DNA from: Alphaproteobacteria bacterium
Lineage (GTDB): Bacteria > Pseudomonadota > Alphaproteobacteria > Rs-D84 > SZUA-605
Direction of reading: 5' to 3'
Length of the DNA: 64,000 bases
Assembly: GCA_031549385.1 (NCBI GenBank)
Contig: JAVBPW010000005.1
Span: 1 to 64,000, forward strand
The position numbers were made by a program, and so were the translations under genes. Of the stretch, positions 9,570-20,580 are shown piece after piece (within the stretch, counting starts at the first letter, position 1; each line of letters begins with the position of its first letter). A model generated the notes under the pieces. That model was given only the letters and a program-made list of their open reading frames with translations, made no database searches and had not been told where the DNA came from.

Positions 9570-9770
9570 GATTTGTATGCGATATTCGTTGAAGATTTGA
9601 AAAATGCGATGTCCTCAGTCCTTTGGACTTGCGGGCTCCTTATTTGTATGCGATGTACTTTCAGAAGATTTATTAAATCTTCTGATCCGTTGTCTTCGTG
9701 ACAAAGCAAAGCTTTTACTACGACGGCGAACTGCCTCGTAAGAACTTCGGGTTATAAATTGTATAACTTT
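9570..9770. repeat. Cluster of short palindromic (REP-like) hairpins downstream of tRNA-Ser
   Basis: ATTTGTATGCGAT twice (9571, 9642); hairpin TCAGAAGATTTA/TAAATCTTCTGA; CTTCG...CTACG-type hairpins. Confidence 0.45.
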
Positions 9771-9809
9771 CGTTATCAAAAAAACGTCTGAAATCAGACG
9801 TTTTTATGA

Positions 9810-9898
9810 TGGCGGAGGGTATGCGATTCGAACGCATGGACCAGGAAATCCAGTCACAGATTAGCAATCTGTTGTATTAACCACTCTACCAACCCTCC
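9810..9898 (-). tRNA. tRNA-Ser(GCT)
   Basis: Reverse complement GGAGGGTTGGTAGAGTGGTT...ACAGA-TTGCTAA-TCTGT, long variable arm, GTTCGAATC, encoded CCA; terminator 9778-9805. Confidence 0.95.
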
Positions 9899-10062
9899 GT
9901 GGTTCGTTAATCCAAATAATTTACCATATTTTTTTCAAAAGTAAACACTAAAATTTTGATATTTATAAAATGAATTTTTCATGTGAACTTTTTTCTAAAA
10001 CTCTTGATTTTTCAGTTTTTCTATTTAAAGTGGAATCTATTAATAAATAATCGGGGATCTTT

Positions 10063-10332
10063 ATGACAATTAAAAAAATAGTTTCTACAGTTTTCTATGA
10101 AATTGGTTATGAATTGTCAGATTCTTCTGTGAAAGTTTTTGAAATTGATGCTTTAAATAATGCTCAAATGATTGACAGCGAATATGATTTGGGAGATTTG
10201 ATAAATCGTTATGGAGTAAGATTTAATTATGTGTTTAAAAATGCTACAACAATATTTATTGGTTATGAAGGTCAAATGAAAGATAACTATAGTAACAATG
10301 AATTTAGAATTGGGGGAACTTATAAATTTTAA
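10063..10332 (+). CDS. Short protein resembling the last beta-strands of an autotransporter barrel (possible remnant)
   Basis: YGVRFNY...IFIGYEGQMKDNY...GTYKF aligns by eye with the C-terminus of 38751..41324. Confidence 0.55.
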   Translation: MTIKKIVSTVFYEIGYELSDSSVKVFEIDALNNAQMIDSEYDLGDLINRYGVRFNYVFKNATTIFIGYEGQMKDNYSNNEFRIGGTYKF

Positions 10333-10458
10333 TTTATAAGAAGAGGAGAGAAAATGTCAGTTCTATCTGACATTTTTTTATTTGGTAAATTTTAAAAAGG
10401 GCTTGATATTTAGTATATAGTTGTTTATTCTTTAAATCATATTATTAAGGAGTTTATT

Positions 10459-11325
10459 ATGAACAGTGACGTAAAAAAAGATGAAAATGTAGGTGCTTAT
10501 TTAAAAAGAATTAGAGAAAAAACTCGAAAATCAACTGTTAGAGTTGCTAAAGAAATTTGTATTAGACGTGTTTATTTGGAAGCTATTGAAGAAGGTGAAT
10601 ATGATAAAACACCTGGAATTGCTTATACTATTGGTTTTATAAGAAGTTATGCGACTCATCTTGGATTAGATCCAGATGAAATGGTTAATCGTTTTAATCA
10701 AGAAAATAATAATAAATATTATAAAGATCAATTTGATAATGAAGACAATATTAAAAAAATTGACATAGAAGTTGTAGATAAAGAATGCACTGTTGTTTGC
10801 AGAGATCAAAACAAAGTAGTTACATTCTTAAAAGATAATAAATTCTTTATTGGAATATTTGTTTTTGTTCTTTTAGCTTTTTTAGTTATTGGACTTATTT
10901 TTATTGGAAGGTCTAAACCTTCTTCTGTTAGCAGAGGTAATAATGTAAGTGTTAATGATTCTGCTTATTTCCAAGTTCCAAATAAGGAAAAGGAAGAAGA
11001 AAAACCTAAGAAAGAAAATGTTTTTGAAGGAAATACTAAAGTTTATGGAAATGTTGAGGCTAAAGAAATTGTTTTAAAAGCTTTTTCAGAAGTTTGGATA
11101 CAAGTAACAGATACTGCTTCTGGGCAAGTGTTGTTTTCTAAGATATTATTGACAGGGGATGAATACAAAACTGAAAGTAATAAAAACTATTCTTTAGTTG
11201 TTGGAAATGCTGGTGGACTTAGATTGTTCATAGATGGTGATGATAAAGGTTTTTTAGGTTCTGAAGGACAAAAGAAAGTTGATATAATACTTGATAAGAA
11301 ATCATTAAAAGGATATTCAAATTAA
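10459..11325 (+). CDS. rodZ: Cytoskeleton protein RodZ (HTH, TM, DUF4115)
   Basis: GAYLKRIRE...YLEAIEEG...GFIRSYATHLGLD; TM segment; VWIQV...VGNAGGL. Confidence 0.9.
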   Translation: MNSDVKKDENVGAYLKRIREKTRKSTVRVAKEICIRRVYLEAIEEGEYDKTPGIAYTIGFIRSYATHLGLDPDEMVNRFNQENNNKYYKDQFDNEDNIKKIDIEVVDKECTVVCRDQNKVVTFLKDNKFFIGIFVFVLLAFLVIGLIFIGRSKPSSVSRGNNVSVNDSAYFQVPNKEKEEEKPKKENVFEGNTKVYGNVEAKEIVLKAFSEVWIQVTDTASGQVLFSKILLTGDEYKTESNKNYSLVVGNAGGLRLFIDGDDKGFLGSEGQKKVDIILDKKSLKGYSN

Positions 11326-12614
11326 TGGCAAAAGTTAGCGCAAAACCTTTATCTGGATTTATTGAATTAAAACCTCTGCAACAAGTTAAATTTAATGAAA
11401 TCGTTGATTCTCTAAAACAAAAGTTAGAGATTTTTGGTTTTATGCCTTTGGATTTGCCTATTATTGAAAGACAAGAAGTTTTGATTGATGAAACTGATAA
11501 AAATGAAACTCAAAATCAAATGTATCTTTTTGAAAAAGGTGAAAATAAATTAGGACTTCGTTTTGATGGAACTGTTGGGTTGGCTCGATTTGTTGCTGGA
11601 AATGCTAATGATTTAACTTTTCCTTTCAGACGTTATCAGGTGGGTCGAAATTTCAGAGGAGAACGTCCTCAAAAAGGAAGATACAGAGAGTTTTATCAAT
11701 GTGACTTTGATATTATTGGGGAAAATACTCTTGATTCTTCATATGAATTTGAAATTATTAATTTAATTTATGAATTGTTTGAAACTTTGAAACCTTATGT
11801 TGGTGATGTTATTATTAAAGTTGGTTCTCGTAAAATTTTAAATGAAATCTTTAATTATTTAGATATTGAAGAGAGTGTTAGACAGAATATATTAATTTTC
11901 ATTGATAAAAAAATGAAAGTTTCAAGAGATGAATTAGTTGAAATGATGCAAGAATATATTGGTCAAGCAAAAGCAGAAAAACTTTATGAAATTATTGAAG
12001 GTGACTATAAAAAATTACAAGGATTAACTCCAGAATTAGATGAGAAGATTGCTGAACTTTCTGTTATTGCGGATATGATTGTTAATATAACTGGCGCAAA
12101 GAATGTTGAATTTGATTTGTCTATTGTTCGCGGACTTGGATATTATACAGGTGTTGTGTTTGAAGTGTTTTTGAAAAATGAACCTTCACTTGGTTCTGTT
12201 TGTGGTGGCGGACGTTATGATAATTTATCAGATAAATTTAGTTCTCGTAAATTTGTTGGTGTTGGTGGGGCAATTGGAGTTTCTCGACTTTTTGTTCCTA
12301 TGATTGAAAGTGGAGCGATTAAATTAGATAAAAATCTTGTTGATGTGGTTGTTATTGCTATGAACGCTTCTAATAATTCATATGCTCAAGTTACAGGAAA
12401 TCGTTTGAGAGATGCTGGAATTAAAACTATTGTGAATATAGATAGTTCTAAATTCAAAAAGAAACTTGAAAATGCTAATAAATTAGATGCAAAATATATC
12501 GTTGTTATTGGTGATGATGAAGAAGTTGAACAACTTGTTACACTCAAAAATATGGATACTGGTGAAAGTGAAAAAATCTCAGTAAACCAAGTTATAGAAA
12601 AATTAGGTAAATAA
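11325..12614 (+). CDS. hisS: Histidine--tRNA ligase
   Basis: [41 protein letters not shown]. Confidence 0.97.
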   Translation: MAKVSAKPLSGFIELKPLQQVKFNEIVDSLKQKLEIFGFMPLDLPIIERQEVLIDETDKNETQNQMYLFEKGENKLGLRFDGTVGLARFVAGNANDLTFPFRRYQVGRNFRGERPQKGRYREFYQCDFDIIGENTLDSSYEFEIINLIYELFETLKPYVGDVIIKVGSRKILNEIFNYLDIEESVRQNILIFIDKKMKVSRDELVEMMQEYIGQAKAEKLYEIIEGDYKKLQGLTPELDEKIAELSVIADMIVNITGAKNVEFDLSIVRGLGYYTGVVFEVFLKNEPSLGSVCGGGRYDNLSDKFSSRKFVGVGGAIGVSRLFVPMIESGAIKLDKNLVDVVVIAMNASNNSYAQVTGNRLRDAGIKTIVNIDSSKFKKKLENANKLDAKYIVVIGDDEEVEQLVTLKNMDTGESEKISVNQVIEKLGK

Positions 12615-12619
12615 AACTC

Positions 12620-13681
12620 ATGGCTTTTATAGATAAATTAAATGAATTAAAAACTAAGCATGCAACTTTAGGAGATCGCTTGTTGGAAGGCGGTTTTTCA
12701 GATAATAGGGAATTTGCTAAAATTTCTAAAGAGTATTCTGATTTAGGTGATATTGTTGAAATTATCGACAGATATTTAAGTGCTGTTAGCAATTTTGAAC
12801 AGGCTAAAAAACTTCTTAGCGATCCTGAAATGAAAGAAATTGCTCAGATGGAATATGAAGATTTAAAAGATAAAGTTCCTGCTTTGGAAAAAGAATTGCA
12901 AATTGCTTTGCTTCCTAAAGATGTGGATGATGATAGAAATGCTATTTTAGAAATTAGAGCAGGGACTGGTGGTGATGAAGCTTCATTATTTGCTGGTGAT
13001 TTGTTTAGAATGTATCAAGGATATGCTTCCTTAAAAGGATGGGGATTTGAAATACTTGATGAATCTCCTACCGATCTTAAAGGATATAAGGAAGTTATAG
13101 TTCTTGTTTCTGGAAAAGGAGCTTATTCAAGATTGAAATTTGAATCTGGGACTCACAGAGTACAACGTGTGCCTGAAACTGAAGCGTCTGGACGTGTTCA
13201 TACTTCGGCTGCTACTGTTGCTGTGATGCCAGAAGTTTCTGAAATTGATGTTGAACTTAATCCTGCGGAACTTCGCATTGATACTTTCCGTGCTTCTGGA
13301 GCTGGTGGACAACACGTTAATAAAACTGATAGTGCTATTCGAATTACTCATATTCCAACTAATACAGTTGTTGCATGCCAAGATGAAAGATCCCAACATA
13401 AAAATAAAGAAAGAGCTATGAAAATGTTGATGGCTAGACTTTACGATGTGCAAAAAGAACAACAAGATAAAGAACGCTCATCAGCACGTAAATCTCAAGT
13501 AGGTTCAGGGGATAGGTCTGAACGTATAAGAACCTATAATTTTCCACAATCTCGTGTGTCAGATCACCGTATTAATCTTACACTGTATAAGCTGGCTACA
13601 GTTATGACAGGAGAGGATCTTGACGAACTGATAGGGGCGTTGATTACAGCTTCACAACTTGAAGCTTTACAAAACTTATAA
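12620..13681 (+). CDS. prfA: Peptide chain release factor 1
   Basis: GTGGDEA, PET motif (RVPETE), GAGGQHVN. Confidence 0.97.
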   Translation: MAFIDKLNELKTKHATLGDRLLEGGFSDNREFAKISKEYSDLGDIVEIIDRYLSAVSNFEQAKKLLSDPEMKEIAQMEYEDLKDKVPALEKELQIALLPKDVDDDRNAILEIRAGTGGDEASLFAGDLFRMYQGYASLKGWGFEILDESPTDLKGYKEVIVLVSGKGAYSRLKFESGTHRVQRVPETEASGRVHTSAATVAVMPEVSEIDVELNPAELRIDTFRASGAGGQHVNKTDSAIRITHIPTNTVVACQDERSQHKNKERAMKMLMARLYDVQKEQQDKERSSARKSQVGSGDRSERIRTYNFPQSRVSDHRINLTLYKLATVMTGEDLDELIGALITASQLEALQNL

Positions 13682-13682
13682 T

Positions 13683-13813
13683 ATTGGGGCGCATTGAAAA
13701 TGTGCTGCAAACAAAAAGAGTTTAAAGTTTACTTCACAATCACGTATGTTTAATACGCTCATGCGAAGATGACTTTAAACTTTTTTGCTTTCGCTACATT
13801 TTGAATGGCCGAT
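13683..13813. repeat. Palindromic intergenic element, copy 1
   Basis: Long imperfect inverted repeat; 32-nt core 13732-13763 identical to 22291-22322. Confidence 0.85.
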
Positions 13814-13844
13814 GATATATATATATTATCAATATAAACAAATC

Positions 13845-13913
13845 TTGACAAAATATAACATATAAGGTAGTTTGTTGTTATAAAATAAAAAATCAAACTT
13901 AAAAAATCAATAT
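13845..13913 (+). promoter_or_regulatory. Cassette promoter/leader module
   Basis: TTGACA-N17-TAGTTT-N21-AAACTTAAAAAATCAA-TAT-ATG. Confidence 0.75.
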
Positions 13914-14312
13914 ATGAATGCTGTTGAATATTATAATCAGCAAAAGGAAAAATTTATTTCAGAAAAAATAAGTGAGGGTTTGAATCTTGCCAAAACTTGG
14001 GAAGAGACACCCGTAATGACAAAAATTTCTATGTTGCAAGCTTTTGAGAAACAACTCCCGTTTATGAGTGGGTTTGTTCATGCTTACAAACATGAAAAGT
14101 TGTTTGGTGATGCTCCATTTAGCGGAATTATGGATGTTTATATATCTATGATGCTTTGGAATGATCATGACGCTAGTAATCCTATGTTTGAATTCAAACG
14201 GGGGTTTGCATTTATGTTCTTTTTGAAAGACATGATTAGTAAAAAGGAATTGACTGATATTAGTTATGTCTATCGGGACATGGTTAAATATTATTCGGAA
14301 TTAAAACCTTAA
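13914..14312 (+). CDS. Orphan protein (cassette)
   Basis: 132-aa ORF after the conserved leader; no recognised domain. Confidence 0.75.
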   Translation: MNAVEYYNQQKEKFISEKISEGLNLAKTWEETPVMTKISMLQAFEKQLPFMSGFVHAYKHEKLFGDAPFSGIMDVYISMMLWNDHDASNPMFEFKRGFAFMFFLKDMISKKELTDISYVYRDMVKYYSELKP

Positions 14313-14323
14313 AAATAGTAAAC

Positions 14324-14626
14324 ATGAATAAAAATTTTAATCCTGAAAATGTAAAAGAAAAGCTTCCTGAAATCATGGAAGAAATTCTGAAATGGCGTAC
14401 ATTGAACAACGAAGAAAAAAAGGAGTATATCAAAGAAGCTAAGGATGATTGTCCTTGTTTATTTGGCGGTGTCCTTGTTGGAATATCTATTGCAGCTGCG
14501 GTACTTTCAGATAATGAAATATCGAAGAAAAAAAGAGCTACGCTCTTGGCGGCAATGAAAGATATTGCAAAATTCGAGGAAGAAATGTATCGAAAAGAAA
14601 CTTTGTTAAGCTCGAAAGAGCTTTAA
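14324..14626 (+). CDS. Orphan protein (second gene of cassette)
   Basis: 100-aa ORF; degenerate motif AACCTTAAAAAT at 14305; terminator 14651-14676. Confidence 0.72.
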   Translation: MNKNFNPENVKEKLPEIMEEILKWRTLNNEEKKEYIKEAKDDCPCLFGGVLVGISIAAAVLSDNEISKKKRATLLAAMKDIAKFEEEMYRKETLLSSKEL

Positions 14627-14678
14627 TAAGGATGAAGTGTAAATTGATTTGGATGACTGAAAGGTCATCCTTTTTTAT

Positions 14679-14747
14679 TTGACAGAATTAATATGAGATA
14701 GTAAGTTATGTTTTATAACCTATTGTATAAACTTAAAAAATCACACA
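14679..14747 (+). promoter_or_regulatory. Cassette promoter/leader module
   Basis: TTGACA-N17-TAAGTT-N21-AAACTTAAAAAATCAC-ACA-ATG. Confidence 0.75.
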
Positions 14748-15260
14748 ATGGAAGAAAAAATACAGAATATTAAAAAATATGCTGAAAGCATTATTCCTCA
14801 ATTTTTAGAAGGATGGGGAAGATTTAGTATTTCAGAGAAAAGGCAATTTTTTAATACGATTCATGTTATGAATTCATTTGAAATTTGGCTTTTAGGGTTC
14901 TTCTCTGTGGACGGATTGTCTGCTAGAGAACAAAGTAAAATTAAAACGTGTTGGAAAGAGCTTTATAAAACAGAGAAAAATCCAGTAAGTCTTCGTGATG
15001 ATATGTTTGTGATTTCAAAGAAAATCCTTAATATGCATGTCGATTTTGTATTTGCTAATTCAACCTTAGAAGAAAGGAAAAAGAATTACAAAAATTTGAG
15101 TGAATCTGATATGTATATATCATATTTCTTTGGATTTGCTGTTGGTCTTTTTCCTGAAGAAGAAAAAAAGAAATTACTTCTTGGTTTCAAAGAGGTTTTT
15201 ATCTTGGCCACTTCAGTAGAGAATATGAATAAAATTTTATATTCTGTATTGCTTGGATAG
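14748..15260 (+). CDS. Orphan protein (cassette)
   Basis: 170-aa ORF between terminators 14651-14676 and 15267-15292. Confidence 0.75.
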   Translation: MEEKIQNIKKYAESIIPQFLEGWGRFSISEKRQFFNTIHVMNSFEIWLLGFFSVDGLSAREQSKIKTCWKELYKTEKNPVSLRDDMFVISKKILNMHVDFVFANSTLEERKKNYKNLSESDMYISYFFGFAVGLFPEEEKKKLLLGFKEVFILATSVENMNKILYSVLLG

Positions 15261-15482
15261 TAAACTGGATAGCTGAAGAGCTATCCTTTTTTAATATATA
15301 ATATTTTATATAATGATTAAAATTATAAGATATTTAAATATAAATAATACTTTGTTAATACTTTAATGTTTTTAAAAGAATGTGTGATTTTACTTGTGTA
15401 TTACAAAACTGTTAGTTGGGCTTTACAAAAATAAAAAAATATTCTATAATTATACTTCTAATTAAAAAAAGGAAATTTTAAA

Positions 15483-16310
15483 ATGTTATTAAAAGGAAAA
15501 AAAGTTCTAGTACTAGGCTTGGCAAATGAAATGTCTATGGCTTGGTCTATTGCTTCACGTTTGCACCAAGAAGGTGCTGAATTTTGTTTTACATGGTTGA
15601 ATGAAGCTTTGAAAAAAAGAGTTGAACCATTGGCTGAAAAATTAGGTTGTGATTTTACATTAGAAGCTGATGTTACAAGACCAGAAACTTTAGACAATTT
15701 ATTTGAAGAAATTAAAAAAAGATGGGGGAAAATTGATTATGTTCTACATTCTTTAGCTTTCTCTGATAAATCTCAATTGGAAGGTAGATATGTTGATACT
15801 ACTTTAGATAATTTCTTACTTACTATGAATATTTCTGCATTCTCACTTGTTGATATTTGCAAAAGAGTGGAACCTCTTATGACTGATGGTGGGTCTATTG
15901 TTTGTATGACTTATATGGGTTCTGAAAAAGTTATGCCTAATTACAATGTAATGGGTGTTGCAAAAGCTGCTTTGGAATGTTCTGTTAGATATTTAGCTAA
16001 TGACTTAGGGGTTAATAATATCAGAGTTAATGCTATTTCAGCTGGTCCTATGAGAACTTTGGCGGCTTCTGGTGTTTCTGATCTTCGCTTGATGCTTGAT
16101 TGGACACAGGCTAATGCACCACTTCGTCGTAACGTTTCTCAAGAAGATATTGGTGGAATTGGATTGTTCTATCTTTCTGATCTTTCTTCTGGTGTTACTG
16201 GGGAAGTTACTCACTGTGATTGCGGTATAAATATTATGAATATGCCTCAAACTGAGTATAATGAACAACTTAAACCATTCCTTAAAGATATTATTAAGGT
16301 GGAAAAATAA
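15483..16310 (+). CDS. fabI: Enoyl-ACP reductase
   Basis: GKKVLVLGLAN, YNVMGVAKAALE, NAISAGPMRTLAASG. Confidence 0.96.
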   Translation: MLLKGKKVLVLGLANEMSMAWSIASRLHQEGAEFCFTWLNEALKKRVEPLAEKLGCDFTLEADVTRPETLDNLFEEIKKRWGKIDYVLHSLAFSDKSQLEGRYVDTTLDNFLLTMNISAFSLVDICKRVEPLMTDGGSIVCMTYMGSEKVMPNYNVMGVAKAALECSVRYLANDLGVNNIRVNAISAGPMRTLAASGVSDLRLMLDWTQANAPLRRNVSQEDIGGIGLFYLSDLSSGVTGEVTHCDCGINIMNMPQTEYNEQLKPFLKDIIKVEK

Positions 16311-16404
16311 TTAAGAGCGACCTAAAAGGTCGCTTTTTATTTATATCTTGACAAATAATTGAAATTTATTTATATTATCTGAAGTTTAATAAAAAAATAT
16401 ACAT

Positions 16405-16644
16405 ATGAAGCAAACACAAATAACACCTGAATCAAGCAGGGAAGAAGCAATTATTGCATGGTTAATGTATTGGGAACAATACGCAGAAGGGAAAAAGCAA
16501 CACTTGTTGGAAATATATATTTCTAAAAACAAGGATTTTTTACAGAAAATAGTCAGTAATGAGGTGGATTTATCCTCTGTTAATCCTGAAGTCGTGAAAA
16601 CCAATGCGGAAAATATATTGCAAGAAAATTTAAAAGCGGATTAG
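16405..16644 (+). CDS. Orphan small protein (cassette-like)
   Basis: 79-aa ORF; TTGACA at 16348 just after the fabI terminator; stop codon in hairpin loop 16632-16653. Confidence 0.6.
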   Translation: MKQTQITPESSREEAIIAWLMYWEQYAEGKKQHLLEIYISKNKDFLQKIVSNEVDLSSVNPEVVKTNAENILQENLKAD

Positions 16645-16651
16645 TCCGCTT

Positions 16652-17614
16652 TTAAATTTTCTTATCTATTTTAGAATGATATACGGGTATTTTTAGTATT
16701 TTTATTATTAATTTGCCAGATTTAGATATTTTTTTTTGATAAAAGAATTTTATTATCGGTATATTTAAAATAATTTTTATCTTTTTAGTTGGAAAGATTC
16801 TGAATAACTCTTTGTAAGTAATAGCTTTTTTGCCTGTTATATTTTTGCAATGGTTATTTATTTTTATTATATTATCAAAAAAAATATTTTTTCTGTTTAA
16901 TTCTGGATGTTTTTTTATAAAGTCTGAAATAGTATTAATTGCATTTTGGCAACTTATTAAAAAATTAGTTTTTTTATTTTCAATATTTTTTCTTGAAGTT
17001 ACCATGCCATCATGTTGTCTATAATATAAAAGAGCTTTTGGTAAATATGATTTGTTTTTTACAATATTTGAAATCATAAAATTAAACGCAGTATCTTCCA
17101 TAGGATGTGTGTTCATAGGAAATCTTATTTCTGGATATCTTTTTAAATATTTGTTTTTAAAGAATAAATTCCATGTAGTATAAGATGTGGAATCTTTTAT
17201 ATTACCTTTTGCATCAAAATTTTCTTTATAAATTATTCTATTTTTATTATAAAACTCATACCAATCAAAACAAATTAAATCTGTTTTAGTTTTTTTAGTA
17301 AATTTAATTAATTCTTCAAAAGCAGTTAATTTAAGAAAGTCATCGGAATCAAAAATATATATCCATTCTCCACTTGCTTTTTGGATACCTTTATTTCTTG
17401 CTGCTGAAACTCCTTGATTGCTTTGATTTATGATATGTATTCTTTTATCTTTTTGGGCATATTCTTCTAATATATTTAAACTATTATCTTGAGAGCCGTC
17501 ATTTATACAAATGATTTCTAAATTATTATATGTTTGATTAATTACCGAATTTAAGCATTCTTTTAAATATTTTTGTACATTATATATTGGGATTATAACT
17601 GATATTTTAGGCAT
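16652..17614 (-). CDS. Glycosyltransferase family 2
   Basis: ISVIIPIYN, IICINDGSQD, NQGVSAARNKG, FDSDD. Confidence 0.93.
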   Translation of the reverse strand: MPKISVIIPIYNVQKYLKECLNSVINQTYNNLEIICINDGSQDNSLNILEEYAQKDKRIHIINQSNQGVSAARNKGIQKASGEWIYIFDSDDFLKLTAFEELIKFTKKTKTDLICFDWYEFYNKNRIIYKENFDAKGNIKDSTSYTTWNLFFKNKYLKRYPEIRFPMNTHPMEDTAFNFMISNIVKNKSYLPKALLYYRQHDGMVTSRKNIENKKTNFLISCQNAINTISDFIKKHPELNRKNIFFDNIIKINNHCKNITGKKAITYKELFRIFPTKKIKIILNIPIIKFFYQKKISKSGKLIIKILKIPVYHSKIDKKI

Positions 17615-17729
17615 TAGTATTCCTGTTTAAATTATTTTTAATAGATAAATTAAAAGATATAAGAATATGTGAACTATTAGCAATGAGTTTAAATTCCTAT
17701 TATGTTAAGTTTGAAGTTGTTTTATTTTA

Positions 17730-17797
17730 TGGACAATCGATTGGTTTTGTTTTATAAACATTTTAATTAAATAAAAGTCAAACTTAAAAATCAATTT
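17730..17797 (+). promoter_or_regulatory. Cassette promoter/leader module
   Basis: TGGACA-N17-TATAAA-N21-AAACTTAAAAATCAA-TTT-ATG. Confidence 0.65.
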
Positions 17798-18406
17798 ATG
17801 AATAGAGAAGATATTAAAAAAATTGGGTTTATTATTTCAGAAACTCAGGAAGAAATTCTGTTTATGAAAAGTAAAGCTCCTACTGTTTGGGAAATTTACT
17901 CTTTTAAGGAGGGTAAGGTTGAAAGATGTCCTTTTTTAGAATACTATGGGCTTTCTTCAGGTTGTTTTCATTTGATTAAGGATTTAAATAGAAATATTGA
18001 AAAACCATCCATGAAACTTTATTTCAAATCAGGAGATATTGTTGATGCTCCAAGTGGAAGTTTTTTAAAATTCGAAAATGGAGATGCCGTGTTTGTGCGA
18101 GATAGAGATTGGATATTAATCCGAGCTGATTCAGAGGAAATATTTGAAACTCGTTTTAGTGATTCAATTCCGGTTTATCTTCCTTTTAAGCATAGAGTTT
18201 GTAACCTTTGGACATACCTTTGTGCTGATGAAAATGGAATTTTATATGTTCAAAGAGGAAATATGTTTGGATTACGTAGTTTAATCGATGACAGGCGGAT
18301 TGATCCTATATATCATCGAATTAAAATCGATGGACATGTAATTACATGTATTCATGATAGTGGAGAGGATCATTACAATTATTTTTCCTGGAAAAAGGAA
18401 AGTTGA
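17798..18406 (+). CDS. Orphan beta-rich protein (cassette), weak WG-repeat-like end
   Basis: 202-aa ORF; terminator 18405-18429 overlaps the stop codon. Confidence 0.72.
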   Translation: MNREDIKKIGFIISETQEEILFMKSKAPTVWEIYSFKEGKVERCPFLEYYGLSSGCFHLIKDLNRNIEKPSMKLYFKSGDIVDAPSGSFLKFENGDAVFVRDRDWILIRADSEEIFETRFSDSIPVYLPFKHRVCNLWTYLCADENGILYVQRGNMFGLRSLIDDRRIDPIYHRIKIDGHVITCIHDSGEDHYNYFSWKKES

Positions 18407-18448
18407 GGTTGCTTTGCAACCTCTTTTTTATTGCAAATTGAACAGTGA

Positions 18449-20509
<2,061 letters not shown>

Positions 20510-20580
20510 TTTTTAAAAAACTCTTGATATATTAGTTTTTTTTTGATAAAATTAGGCTTGGGAAAAATAATACAAAAAAG

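Noticed and set aside
15293-15480. Extremely AT-rich intergenic stretch as a possible replication origin
   Set aside because: No cluster of DnaA boxes seen; explained as the fabI promoter region.
13845-16653. Classical integron or prophage explanation for the orphan genes
   Set aside because: No integrase, no attC-type RYYYAAC/GTTRRRY boxes noticed and no phage genes; each unit has its own promoter and the units are dispersed.
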